The notes: generated from the letters alone by a model not told the origin. A DNA stretch of 64,000 nt from Marsupella aquatica (GCA_973895155.1 OZ316899.1:12244834-12308833), one strand, 5' to 3'. Shown: positions 9,301 through 22,500, numbered from the stretch's first letter. Numbers and translations: made by a program.

Positions 9301-12282
9301 CAATCCCGAGACCAATCCCGGTTCCACCCATGTACGGAGGAGTTCGGTTAGCTGAACTTGATGCGAGCCTGGACCCGAGCTTGCGGAACCAGGTTGAAAT
9401 CATCAGGAAGAAGCACTACCAGAAGTACACCATTGGGATGGATAAATTGTTTAACCTGGGCCACGCTCTGACGGGGGAGGCGGAAAAATCTATCCAAGCT
9501 CTGCTCAAGGAATATGAAGATGTGTTTGCATGGAGCCATCACGATTTAACAGGAGTCTCCCCCGAGTTAGGAGAACACACGATCGATTTGAATCTGGGGG
9601 CCCATGCAGTACGGCAGCGACAACGTTGCATGAACCCGAGGTACTCCATCTTAGTGAAGGAGGAAATTGATCGTCTCCTTGCCGCAGATATCATCTACCC
9701 GATAATGGCCAGCGACTGGGTCTCTCCCATCGTGATTGTACCAAAAAAGGGAGGAACGGACGGAAAACCTAAGATCCGGATTTGTCAGGACTATCGTAAG
9801 CTGAACGACGCGACCCGAAAAGACCATTACCCGTTACCATTCACGGATATGGTTCTAGATATGGTAGCCCGAAATGAAATTTATACATTCCTTGACGGGT
9901 ATTCGGGTTATAACCAAATCTGGATTCGCCTCTCGGATCAGCTCAAAACAACGTTCACTACGGAATGGGGGACTTTCGCATTTCGGAGAATGCCGTTCGG
10001 ACTGTGTAACGCTCCGGCCATGTTTCAGCGACTCATGATGAATATCTTCCATGATATCCTACAGGAATTTCTGGAGATATTTATCGATAACTTCGCCATC
10101 TTTGGAACTGTCGCCATGCACCCCAAACACCTAAGACGTACATTACAATGATGCTGAGAGGTTAACCTCAAACTACATCCCGCTAAATGTTTTTTTGGGG
10201 TACAGGAGGGAGTGTTACTCGGGCATCGTGTGTCCAAACGGGGTATCGAGGTGGACCAAGAGAAGGTCGCGGCCTGGATGGCGGTGGTGTTCCTTGTAGA
10301 TCAAAAAGCGGTACGATCCTTCTTGGGCTGTGTAGGGTATTACCGTCGGTTCATTAAAGACTTTGCTAAAATAGCGTTGCCCTTGACTGAGATGATGAAA
10401 AAGGACGCGATGATCGAGGAGACAGATTGCTTTCGAAGAACTCCGTAAAAGACTCACCACCGCACCTATCATGGTCACTCCGGACTGGAATAAGGAGTTC
10501 CACGTGTATGTCGATGTGTCAGGGTTCTGTATTGGATCCGTGCTCAGTCAACTTGATGAGGACGGACGTGACCACCCCATCTACTTCGCTAGCCGTCAAT
10601 TATTCACAGCCGAAAAGAATTATTCCCCCACTGATCGAGAAGCTCTGGGAATAATCTACTCGTGTAAAAAGTTCCGACACTATCTGCTAGGCTATAAGGT
10701 CATATTCCACACGGATCATGATAACCTGAAGTACATGGTCAACAAAGCGGACGTGATAGGACGGATAGCCCGGTGGGTGCTACTTCTCCAGGAATTTAAC
10801 TACAAAGTTTGGGTTCGGCCCGGAAAGGCACACCTCAATGCCGACTTCTTTTCAAGGCTGGACGGCGTACCAGTCGATCAGCCAATTGATGATATTTTTC
10901 CGGATGAGGAGTTGTTCCACGTAGGGGCGGGGACGCCAACGTGGTATGGCTCAATAATCACCTTCCTCTTAACAGGCCACATCCCTGACGGCATCAATCA
11001 GGAAGCCGCCGCTGTGTTTCTATGGAAAGCCGGGCCTTACGTCATGGTACAAGGTCACCTACATAAGGAAGGAGTTAATGGGAAGTTACGATGCTGCTTG
11101 GAGTATAAGGAGACGCTTATCGTGATGCGGGCCTTGCATGAAGAAGAAGCTGGAGGCCATTTCGCGGCTATCACGACAGCCCGAAAGATTCTGGACTCAG
11201 GGTATTGGTGGCCTACGTTGCATCGGGATGTACAACGCTTCATCAAGGGCTGTGACCTGTGTCAGCGGGCTGGGGCCCCGAGACGAGCTCATCATCACCC
11301 TCTCACGTCCGTGCTTCCATTAGCACCGTTCAAAAAGTGGGGTATTGATTATATCGGGCCATTTACTCCCGTTACCCAAAGACGAAGATGCAGGTACATC
11401 CTGCTAGCTATTGACTACTCCACCAAGTGGGTCGAAGCACGGGCTACGGTGAAGGACGACGCCGCAACCAGCGCCAGGTTCTTATATGAACAGATTTTCA
11501 CCCGGTTCGGACCACCCTTAGAGTTGGTAAGCGACCGTGGAACACACTTCCTCAATGACACTATAGCCCAGCTTACGGAGCGTTACCTAGTCAAGCACCA
11601 CAAGACTACCCCGTATCATCCTAAAGCCAACGGGATGACAGAGAGAGCAAATGGTATCATTGGGAAGATCCTCAACAAAACTGTAGCTACGCACAAAACG
11701 GATTGGGACGATAAGTTGTACGCAGCGATGTACTCGTATAATCTAGCTTACAAAACTACTACGAGTCACAGCCCGTACTTTCTCGTGTTCGGCCAACATT
11801 TGTTGGTACCCGTCGAGTTTGAAGTACACACTCCACGGGTCAGTATTCGGGATCGCTTACCTGAATCTGAAAGTTTGTCAGACCGAGCTTATCAGATTGA
11901 AGCCTTAGAAGAGGCACGGCTACTAGCAGCTCAACACGCCGTAATGAAGCAGGCAACTTCCAAGAAACAGCACGACAAAGGACTACGGAAGGTCGACGTC
12001 GTGATAGGCGATCTAGTCCTTCTGTACGATAGTCGGTACATGCAGTTTCCAAGGAAGCTTCATACCCGTTGGTTAGGGCCCTTCCTAGTCAATCAGATCT
12101 ACCATAACGGATCTTTGGAGCTTCCGACGTACGCCGGCGATTTACTCCCCACGCGAGTCAGTTACGATCGTGTAAAGAAATACCACCATCAAGACAACGA
12201 CGCCGAGAGTGATGTTTGCAAGGATGCTTCACAATTAAGCAGGGAGCTATGTGACGCCGCCGGTACGGCGAGTAATGAGTAA
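6305..12282 (+). pseudogene. gag-pol: Gypsy gag-pol polyprotein (Gag, three zinc knuckles, protease, RT, RNase H, integrase with GPF module)
   Basis: MPVTRSQ start, capsid ARPWY..W..F, CCHC x3, LVDGGAGVNIM, WVSPIVIVPKK/DYRKLN/LDGYSGYNQI/MPFGLCNAP, YVDVS/YFASR/TDH, H..H..C..C, WGIDYIGP, SDRGTHF, NGMTER, WLGPF. No chromodomain and no archaeal-type RNase H seen. Confidence 0.95.
12237..12246 (+). promoter_or_regulatory. Polypurine tract of A1
   Basis: AAGCAGGGAG followed by CTA and the LTR start TGTGA. Confidence 0.7.
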
Positions 12283-15200
12283 TTCGGTCTAAACCATGCT
12301 TAGCACGCGCGTTAGGGGTATCTTAGGCCACTATGATTAGCATAACGACAATATTTAGGTAGCCATTATGAGTAGGAAATCATTAGTCAATAAGAGGAAT
12401 TCATGTTCGGGCTGGCGGCGCGTCGCCATTCGCACGCCCGAGTTATGAGCGTGGAGGGGCCCCTCCCTCGGGTCCGTATAACAAACTTCGGGAGGCGTCC
12501 ACTGACACGCGGTGACTCAGACCGGCGGAGTGGCCGGTACACTACAAGCGTGAACGATTCAGCCTATTGGCAACGAGGAGATGTTGGGGGATTGACAAGC
12601 CCTCAAGGTATAAAAAGGGAGCCGACCCTTTGTAGTGCACCAGTCCATCAGTCCATGCGCCAGCTTCGACCCCAGCTCTCTCGTTCGCTCTTAGTCACCA
12701 CTACTATCTCCTCTGAATGTCACACACGATCCTCTCTAGTTCGGCCATTCAATTCTGGACGCAGTTCCTATCTATCGGAAGACACTTGGCCGACTCATTG
12801 AAACACGCCAACCCGCACCGATACAAAATTGAACGCGAGTACGAGAGAGCCATCCGCCTAGCAGGACGACACCACTACATCCTTAACTTTGACTACCCAT
12901 CTCAGAGCAAGCTTTACCGACCAGCAGAGGTATCTGGGTACTTCTTCAACGGAGACAAATATATCGGTTTCTGGGAAGCATTGCTTTGGCTTCCGGACGA
13001 GGTCTTCAATATCCTGGGTAGATTGACTTGCAACGACATCACTTCGACCACATCCCTGCTCAGGTTTGGGCTATCATCAACAGCAAGTCCAGCACTACCT
13101 GTTCGACAAGATCGTCTGCACTTGCTTTGGAGAACTTCTACCAGCACCTGCAGAGCTTCATGGGAACTAGACCCGCAACCGCCGGCGCCGGCCCAGTCAA
13201 CCCCATACCCGTACCCGCACCAACGCAGACTCAGACTCAGGCTCAGGCTCAGCTTCAGTCTCAGTCTCAGTCTCAGCCTAGCCAACCCCCACCGCTGATC
13301 GGCCCGCCAGCAGTACAAGTACGCTCCATCATCAACGTTGTGGACCTTAGCGACGACGACGAGGCTACCCCACCCTTGCTCGGGCGGCCCAGAGGAGCAA
13401 ACACTTAGGGGGCCGACACTACATTATCCCCTCCCCATGCTCGGACCCAAGGAGCGGCTCCAGCAGACAACACGGTGACCGTGGCCGCCCCGGGCCCAAT
13501 ACTAACGGTGGTAGCACTACCTATGCCCGATAGAGAGGATGGGGAGGTGTCACCCTCCCCGAGCCAGTCACGGGGGAAGAAGAGGAAGGAACCCGCCACT
13601 GCATCCAGGTTACCATTGGCCACGGTAGCCATGGCCAAGGTGACAATGCACCGCATGGGGGAAAACGTGCATAAGAACATCCTCCATCCCAATCATGCGG
13701 TGTACCTGAAGACTCAAGGATTCGAGCACCTCGCCTCTCTCCCTTGGAACACTTGCAAGTACTACGGGGAGGACATGACGGAATTCGTCAAGAATTATGA
13801 TGACGCACGTCAACATACTCGGCTGCAGGGAAGGAATATGTCCCTCACAGAAGAACGGCTCAAGATGATCTTCGGATTACCCGAAGGTGACCATCAAGTC
13901 GAATCACGGGCTCCCGGGGGCAAGGGAGCCAAGTACCAATCCTCGAGTTTTCCCTCAGAGGGAGCAGTGGACAACGGGTTTGTGATGAGGACCTGCCTCA
14001 TCCCCAAGATAACTGAGCGACTGGAGTTCCAAAGGTACGCCCTCCACATGATGGAACCCCGGGGGGAGATCTCCGCCGCCCAGGTTATCCAGGTCAAGAA
14101 CTATCGACCTAGGAAGTGGGCGTCGTACTTTGCTAAGAAATTCCATGAAGAGATGGAGCGGCAAAGGAAGACGATGTACATTAGCGGGAAGGCGTATTTC
14201 GCTAGCCACATCGAGATCATTCTTGAGTGGTACGCTCAGTTTGATCGACGAACCCTTCCCCGTGTCAACGTTACAAAGCTGGTCCTAGCTAGGTGGGTTT
14301 CCCGGCCTTGGAGAGACGGCCCCAACCCAAGGCCCGAAGTCCAGCGGACATGCAAGCTTCACCCACCCCACCTCCACAAGTAGTTGTAGTCATAACCGAG
14401 GAGGTACCGGATGGGTCGGTTATCGCAACCGTAGATGCGATCCAACAGGCCGGGCTAAGTATAGAAGTCAGTACAGCGGAGGCCTTACTCAAGCCCGGGT
14501 CTCCCAACGACCCACCGGTGGCTATTCCGGAGCGCCGGACATTGCTGCAGGAGGACACTCCAGCCCCTTCCAACATTACGTCCCCAGGGCTGGATGTCAC
14601 TGCCCCGGCCCCCGCGCGTGTTGACGTCTGCCCGTGCCCAACTCTGGACAGGCACAACCTGGACCACCCGGAACTCTTCATACCGGGTACATTTCTGAAC
14701 GGGCTTTTGGGAGATTTCTCTCATCAAATTTCCCGGGATACCGGGGAGTTCATGGCCCGAAAGGTAGCCTGTTTCTTCAATCAGGAGTTAGTTGCCATAG
14801 TAAAGGCAGGTCGGGCCCAGTCAGAGGCCCTTCAAAGGATAGAGCGGTATCGGGTGGAGTCCGTATACTTAAAGAATGAAGTTGCAGCTCAAGAGGCTGA
14901 GCTTCTGCAACTACGACCCAAAGTTGCAGCCACCGATGAGTTGTTAGCAAAGGCGCACGCCCTTACCGCCCTAGCCGAGCAGGCCAAAGCTGGGAACGAG
15001 GCCGAGATTGCACGACTCTGGAACCAGATTGACAGTTTGAAGAATCAAACTGTCATCTGGCAGAAAGACCTGGAGGAGGCCGAAGAACGGGCCCAGCGAG
15101 ACACTGCGGAGATAGCCATGCTACAGGCCGAAGTGGCACGGCTCCAAACCAAAGCCGAGAAGCAGGACCAGCTGGCGGGCAAGCTGACGAGCGATGCCCA

Positions 15201-16257
15201 GCAGCTGGAGGAGGCAGCGGAGGAGACAGACGCGGCGAAGCGAGAGAACAAATCTCTGCTAGACCAGGTCCAGCTCCTCAAGGCAAACAACGACAACTTC
15301 GTAAACAACGGGATGGCCGCTCCCACTCGGGCGGCTCCGGCAAGCGTGCCAGGCATTAGCGGCGGAGTAGGAATATAATAGGGTTAGGAATAGCTAAGTC
15401 AGGCAATTGGGACAGGCACCTGCCTTAGTTACAACAACACTGCCATGCTGTCCAGCCTGCGTAGATTAGGATCTTCTAATAAGACATAGCCATTTTTTGG
15501 CTTGACAGTCAGATTAGTTAGGACCTAAGTTAGCGAATCTTCGGCCGGGAGGACACTCCGTTTCTTGGCCCTTAGTATTTAGTGCACCCCTCGGTAGAGG
15601 CAGGGGGGTTTTTAGTCTCAGAGTTGGACATCCGTGGTATGGGCAGGGAGTCCCGACCTCTGGGAGTGAAAGAGTACCAAGGGGAGGGGGTAGGACTAAG
15701 CTCGTCGGGCGAGTGCGGAGCCGGGCTCCATTGTAGTGTACTCCCTCGGCCTTGAACCTGTTCATTCTGGAGCTGTCGGGTCAACCAAGTGTACGCATAT
15801 GTCCCCTATATAGTAAAATCCTTTCCCATTATTTCCTTCGTGTAAATCGAGATTGTATGCTTGTGCGCGTGTATGTGTGTGTGAATCTCGTGTATAGGTG
15901 ACAACGCCGGGCCGAACGCACTACCCTGAGTCGTGCACGGGGTGCAGCTTGCAGGTATGTGGTTGCGAGCATGGGTTGAGGACCTGTATCATTGAATCCG
16001 GATCAAAGGCGGACAACACGAAGGCTTAGAAGTCCTTAAGCCGGGGTCGATCCTGTTATTGACTAAGGTACATTCCGGCGGCGGAACACAAACCATACCT
16101 AGGAGATGTCCGTATCTAACAGTAGGCGCACTTAGCGCTAGTTTACGTGAATTAGGTGCATTACGTTCTTCCCTCCCTGCCCGAACCCTCATATTTACGA
16201 AGGATGTGCCCGTTTAAAGCTGAAGCCCGAGTTAAGGCCAAGGCTGATGACGTGACA
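12250..16257 (+). repeat. 3' LTR of A1 (4008 bp)
   Basis: Direct repeat of 2206-6180, followed by TSD ATTGC. Confidence 0.97.
12717..15378 (+). pseudogene. LTR-encoded accessory protein (family A), 3' LTR copy
   Basis: ORF pieces 12717-13298, 13028-13408, 13475-14383 and 14293-15378; about 885 codons once repaired against the 5' copy. Confidence 0.85.
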
Positions 16258-16262
16258 ATTGC

Positions 16263-16847
16263 CCACGCTGTTAGCATTTTGAGCAGATTTATGGCAAACC
16301 TTGTTAAACTTCTCTGGGAAGCAGTGAAGTGGGTTCTGCAATATCTGAAAGGTACCTTAGATTGTGGGATTTTCTTTGATGGGAAAGCAAACTCTACATT
16401 AGAGTTGGAAGGTTTTGTAGATTCAGATTATGCTGATAACTTGGATAACAAGAAGTCTACTACAGGCTATGTGTTTATGCTAGGTGGAGGTTGTATCAGC
16501 TGGAAGTCGGCAACTTAATCATGTGTTGCGTTGTCTACTACTGAGTCTGAGTACATGGTTGCTTGTGATTGCTTGTGAGGCAACCAAGGAGCTGATCTGG
16601 CTACGGAGATTGGTGAGTGATCTGGGTCTTTCACCTGAAAGACCGGTGCTGCTGTGTGACAGTCAAAGTGCTTTGCATCTGGCTAAGAACCCCGTGTTCC
16701 ATGCTAAGACAAAGCACATTGATATTCATTATCACTTCATCCGTGAGGTGATTGAGACAAAGCAAATGCTTCTAGAGAAGGTGGCTTCAGAGCTCGCTTC
16801 AGAGGAGAATGTGGCAGACATGCTTACCAAAGTTTTACCTACCAATA
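16263..16847 (+). pseudogene. pol: Copia pol, RT end and RNase H
   Basis: GFVDSDYAD...KSTTGYVF, CDSQSALHLAKNPVFHAKTKHIDIHYHFIRE, ENVADMLTK. Confidence 0.95.
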
Positions 16848-16874
16848 GGTGGATTGCATGATTGAGGACTACCA
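16848..16874 (+). repeat. Left TIR of Sola2-like element
   Basis: Exact reverse complement of 36077-36103. Confidence 0.95.
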
Positions 16875-18146
16875 TTTTCTCCTTTTTTCTCCTAAAAAAG
16901 GACTCAAGTCCTTTCCATGTTGCATTAAATGTGCAAAATATCCCTCAATGGCCAAGATTGAAAATTCACAGATCAAAGGTTAGAATTAAATGATTGAGAA
17001 ATGATTCCATTATAGCCATTTTTGGATTTAGTAGCCTAACTCTAATTTAAGTCATAAAGTAATTACATGCAAGACGTGTTTAATAAATGTCCTCGGGGAA
17101 GTAGCCTGCATGAATTGACTTTGGAAAGTGGACGATAATTATGTCCTATTGTCCCGCATTATCAAGGACTATTTGAAAACAAGGACTCCGAGTCCTTCCA
17201 TCCTAGCTGCAACAATGACAATAGTGGTAAGGACTTGTGGATGCGACAAGTTTTATCAGCATTCCACAATTTCTCAAACATTTTGATGGTGAAAACCGAG
17301 CTTGAAAACCATAGTTGCCGAAATCAGAAAGTAGTGAACGTTTCAGTGTCGGGTGAGGAAGGGAGAGCAACGATGGTTAGCAAGATAAGAGGTCTACCTC
17401 CATGGACGCATTGACTCACATTGATCGCAATTGATTTAGAGGACTCTCGTTCAAACCATTGAGAATATAGGGGAGCTTTCATTGCAAAATAGCTTGAAGC
17501 TAGACATTGGGAGCTTTCTTTGCATTAGCTTGAAGCTAGACATCGGCAATCAATGGAGGAGGTTTGAAAGGAGCTTTGTTGGCAACACAGACAAGGTAGT
17601 GAAGGAAGTTCAAATTGAGGGGAGCTTTTTCAATAGTTGAATTGTACAATAGCTTGGTATGTTAAACGTCATTTGCCAATTCTGGATTAACTTTGAATTG
17701 AACAGCTATATCATAAATCTATTGTTCAGATGGTGTCTTAAGCTTCCACCGGTTGCTTTAGGTTTGGTTTGCGCAATCATGAAACTCTCGAAACAATGGC
17801 TAGCTTTGTTTTGGTTCCTTAGCTGACTTTTGATAGGTCATAGCGCCCTGTTTGTAGTTTTCAAACAACTATACCAATGAATCATAGATTGAGTACAAGC
17901 CTTCTCAGTAATCAAACCTTTTAAAGGGACTCATCATTTGTTTAAATTGGATGCAGGGCGCGCGGTTGGCCTAAAGCCAATGGAGGAAACTTTACCTGCA
18001 AGTCATTGGTGATTGAACATCCATTTTCAATCTGCAACAGCCTTGAGGTAATTATTGTAGGTGTGCTCCCAATGGTAGTTGAAGTTTTCACCATTGAACA
18101 CTAGCTTTCCTTAGAGATACCTTCTACACTTTGTTCGAATGCAGTC

Positions 18147-18905
18147 ATGGATGCGTCAACTAATCAGCCAGAAGCTCCTCCAACTTCTACCATTCAGCTA
18201 GGAGAAAAGGAGATAGTTGTCCCACACCCTGTTATCCCTCGTAGCGGCAGAGTGCGAACTACTAGCAAACCCAAAGTTTCTGCTTCCCTAGCTATGGACC
18301 ATGCTACGACTGACTCTCCTGCTCCCCTATCTGAGAGTACCAAAGCGTTAAAAGGAAAGGCTAAGGTGGAGGTTCCTGTAGAGTCATGGGATCTTGAAGA
18401 TTACGTTAAGGACGCAGAGTATTTCCACACCACATTTGGTCTTCCAAACAAAGGTATTAATCCTCATAAGATCAAAGACATTTCCAAGGAACAATTGGCC
18501 GAGGTGTTTGGAGAGAAAGACAGGAATGGGTATAAGCTGAGTCTTTGTGTCGGCCTTCCAATTGAGGAGGTTTTGCAACTATCCCAAGTTGTGGATGGTT
18601 ACAACTCACCAGTGAATGGCTTTTTGTCATTCACTTTCATCAAAGGGGCCTATGCAAAGAGGATCCAAAGGTGAAAGGTGGACTGGTGTGTGTATGCAGT
18701 GTCCAAGCTGAAGGGGCAAATTGCCCAATGGGAGCAAGATGGCCCGCAAGATGGTAAGGGTAAGCCAGACGGGCCTCCTTGCATAAGGAGGCTATGTCTA
18801 TATTCACCATCAGTGCCTGCGGAATTTGATCAAGAAAATTTGAAGTGGCTTGTGGATGACCCTTCAACGCATCTCCCACAGCCCGTTGTCGTGCCAAAAG
18901 ATTTC
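18147..18905 (+). pseudogene. Sola2 cargo gene, first exon(s): low-complexity N-terminus plus plant-TE-type domain
   Basis: ATG at 18147. FHTTFGLPNKG...NGYKLSLC...*KVDWCVYAVSKL with one in-frame stop. Cut off by a foreign insert at ~18905. Confidence 0.55.
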
Positions 18906-19600
18906 GGCTCAAGATGGCTTTTATAGGGAATGATGGGCGAGGCCTCCCGGTTGGGTTGCGTGCATGCTAACTCGGAGGGTCTGCTTGGTTGAATGGATTG
19001 AGGTTTGGTGATTGGGTGACTTGTCGTCATCAGGTTTGGTGTTTGGGTGAGTCACCAGGCTTGGAGTTTGGATGAGGGTTGATGGCAGCTAGCTCAGGCT
19101 GGATGGTTGGGTTTTCGATGCTACTTAAGACTTGAGCCTAGGCTCATTGAGGTTGGCGGTTGTCTACTAAGATCTGTTGAGTTTTGTTCTGTGAGTTCCG
19201 CTCTGTTCTGCGGAACTCGACTGTTGTGCGACAGTTTTGGAGTTTTGTGCGAGTGTTGGATCCAAGTGTGGAGTTTTCAATCCAGGCGGAGATTTCTCAA
19301 GTTTGGAGCCTCGTTGGTCCAGGCCCAAGTTTTGTGAGAGCTGTTTTAGACTAGTGGAGTAGCTAGTCAAGTTTTGGTTTTGTGAGCTAAGGAGGAGAGT
19401 TTTTCCGCCAGATTTTGAGTAGATAGTCACTTGAGGAGTTCAGCTCGACAAGTTAGAGGTAGCGGCCCGCCGTAGGGCCAGCTACTAGACTCTTGCGGGC
19501 AAGCTTACTCAAGGGCACCCATTGTAACCTTTGTGAGAAAAGTAAAAAATAAATAAATGAGTGAGAGTTCGCTCCAAAAAGTGCTTGTTGCCTGTCCCAA
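18905..19600 (-). mobile_element. LTR-like fragment inserted in the cargo gene
   Basis: Abrupt composition change, minus-strand CCCTATAAAAGCC TATA context, GT-rich simple repeats. No termini or TSD resolved. Confidence 0.35.
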
Positions 19601-19606
19601 TTGCAG

Positions 19607-20119
19607 CCAGAAACGCGCAGTTTGCCCGAGGAGCCCCTAACTTTAAGTCCTCACAACACCGTCCCACGGATTTCTACCAAGAATGAAACGGCGAGGGACA
19701 AAGCTCACCCAGGGATAGTGGATTCTTGCAGCAAGGGGAGCCCACATCTTAAACCATTGGAAGCTACGGCCCTTTGTGTACCCCAGATAAAGCTTCTCCC
19801 TACCAAGGCCAAGGCTCCTGTTCTCCCTGCATTGCCAAGAAGTCTTTTGCTGTCCATTCTGGATGGGCAAACCATCACAATTGAATGTAGTCTAAAAGAG
19901 ACTCGTCAGCGCATCAATGCGGTTCAGAAGACTATGGAAAGCTTGGAGGGGTCAAAATGGGATCATCCAGCAGTCATCTCTGTCATTCAAGAGCAACGTA
20001 ACAAACTAGAGGAAGAGTTGGGTGAGGTGAGAAGCAAAATGCAGGCAAGGGACACCCTACATGATGACTTGTCAACAAAAATGGAGCTCGAGGAGCTGAA
20101 GGGAGAGCAAGACAAGGAG
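19607..20119 (+). pseudogene. Sola2 cargo gene, coiled-coil exon
   Basis: LKETRQRINAVQKTMESLE...IQEQRNKLEEELGEVRSKM; flanked by TGCAG acceptor and GAG|GTATAC donor. Confidence 0.5.
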
Positions 20120-20748
20120 GTATACTGCTTGTCAGACCATAGGCCTGTCCTTGTTGTAATAAGCCGAAAGAAACAAAAGTAATGCTTCAAACTTTAAAAC
20201 TCCAGTTTCGATCCCATGAAGAACAAATTTGAATCAGAATGAACTCTTTTATCACTTTGAGTGTTTTAGAGTCCTGAGATCTAAAACTTCACTTATTTCT
20301 GAATGGAAATAAAATAAACCAACACAAAAGTAACTGGACTTCTGATTTATGAATCAGGAGAGAAATGTTTTGAGAATGAAATGATAGAATCTGATATCGC
20401 CACTCCTTTAGAAAGGACTATGGTCTTACTATAGACCTAAAGTAGACTTCATGTCTCACTGATTTCACTCCAATATTCATAAAAATGTATAGTAAAACTT
20501 TAACTTATTGATGGACAGAATAATTTCTGATCACAAATGTAATGAGATGCTTAAAAGTGCCGGCAACATGGTTCAACATCAGCGATACGCAACTCAGTTA
20601 AACACTAAGTCATACTCCATAAACAAAGTCACGGTACTCATATTCTGTGCATCACCAGATTATCATCTTGGTCTAACTGTCTCCTTTCTTTCACTGGTCG
20701 GATCATGTTAGTCAAACATGTACTTCAAGCTATACATGTATATCATAT

Positions 20749-22500
20749 ATGTTCCTTAGATCACCTGTTGCATTGGCTAAAAAATTGACAGCTTTGAGCA
20801 GGGTTTTTCTGTGGGGGGCCAACAGACTTGGAGGTAAGAAGATCCCACTTGTGGCTTGGGAGAGACTATCTAGGCCTAAGGTTGACGGTGGCCTGGGCCT
20901 TAAGGAATTTAGATGCCATTCTGCTGCTCTCTTAAGTAAATGGTTCACTGGAGCAATTGATCATCCTGAGTCGGAATGGGCACTGATGTTTGATGAAAAT
21001 TTGAAGCTAACATCCTGGAGGAATTTCAGGGTTGTTCGTAGAAATCAGTACTCAATGAAGGATAAACTACTTTTGTGTTCACCCCGATCCTTTGGCAATC
21101 TCCTGTACACTGGACAGATCTGGACGGCGTGGGAGCAGGTGAGGGAAAATTTGATCTTCTGCCCTGGAAATGGTACCATCCCAGGGCACTGGAGTGTGGA
21201 AGATCTCCTGAGATGCTTGCACTCTTTCTATAACTTACCAGAGGAAGGTAGAGGAGAGATGGTGAAGACATGTGGTAAATTGGGAGTACGCAAGGTGAAA
21301 GATTTCTGGTCTGCGACTGACTGTGCATGGAAGGATCTAACACAACGAATGCAGCGTTTGAGGAATATAGTTGAGTCCGACAAAGATAGTTGTCTTAGGC
21401 TCTTTTGACTATACAGGGAACTGCTTACAGTGTAAACATTACTGACTCCCCAGCTGGTCTTTGGAGATGGTTGGATTTGGATTCAAAACCTATAGCTTTT
21501 GGATTACCTAATCACAGGGTTTATGAGTTACTGAGAACTAAGGGCTCCAATTTCTTTCGACTCAATAGAATCTGGGATGAATCACTGTCTGAGTTGGAAT
21601 GGAGTGGGATTTGGATGGTATTGTGGACCTCTAATCTCTCTTCCCAGGCGAAGACCTTCATTTGGAGAATCCTAGCACAGGGACTCTTCTCTGGTTCTAG
21701 GGCACTTTGGATTAAGAAATCTGACGGATTTTGTGTGCTATGCTTTGGGGAGGTCGAAACATTACCTCATCTTTTCTGTCAATGCAGATATGCTAGATAC
21801 TGCTGGAGTGTGGCCGGGGAGTGGATGAATGGACTGATCATCGGCCGGGATCGTGGTCTGCTCAAATTGCTATTGTCATGCAGGGGAAAAGTTTCACTGA
21901 GTACTCTTCGTGCTTTCCTGATATACCAGATCCTTTGGAGCATCTGGTTGGCTAGGAATGAGCAAACCTTTGATTTGACGAAGAAACAAGTTTTTGACAC
22001 GATCTCTATCATTTCGGGGGCCTTGGATCACTTGTCTACAGTGGCAACTTCCTCCAGCTCTAACCGGAAGCGGTCACGTCTAATTGGGGCCACTGCCTTG
22101 TTAGAAGGGGAAAGGACCGGATTCTGAGGAATGATGCCAGGGTCACATTAGCTTTCTGAGCACTTGCGCTCTGTGCATTAGCAGTGTGCTGCACGCTGTT
22201 TTTCTGGTGCTGAGGGATGCTATCTTAGTTTGTTCTATAAGTGGATGTTGCTGACTTTATTAGTATATCGGTCTTTACATGGAAAGGAGCATCTCTCCTT
22301 CCTTTTAGTTTTGCTTTACTTGCTTCTGCCCACGCTGCTTTGAGCTGTGGCTCTTTCCTGGTTCTGAATGTGAACCTCTATGTACTTTTTCACCCCTTCA
22401 TGGGCTTTATGATGCCCCTGGGCCTGCTTGTTTCCCCATCAGTGGGGTTCACGCGGAGTAAAATTTGGTTAAAAAAATTAACTAAAAATAATAAAAATAA
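20749..22500 (+). mobile_element. 5'-truncated L1-type LINE (ORF2 C-terminus, 3' UTR, A-rich tail)
   Basis: FLWG...LVAWERLSRPKVDGGLGLKEF, zf-RVT-like FIWR...CVLC...ETLPHLFCQC, WSIWLARN; A-rich tail at 22471-22500. Confidence 0.88.

Larger units (their letters stand above)
2206..16257 (+). mobile_element. Full-length non-chromovirus Ty3/Gypsy element, family A copy 1 (14.05 kb)
   Basis: TG...CA termini, 5-bp TSD ATTGC (2201-2205 / 16258-16262), two ~4 kb near-identical LTRs, PBS, gag-PR-RT-RH-INT, PPT. Confidence 0.97.

Noticed and set aside
12250-16257. 4-kb repeat as a segmental duplication of a host gene
   Set aside because: TG..CA ends, adjoining PBS and PPT, and the ATTGC TSD define it as an LTR pair
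19589-19604. 16-bp match (GCAATTGGGACAGGCA) to the family A LTR near 5330
   Set aside because: Flanks do not extend and A2 lacks it; treated as probable coincidence
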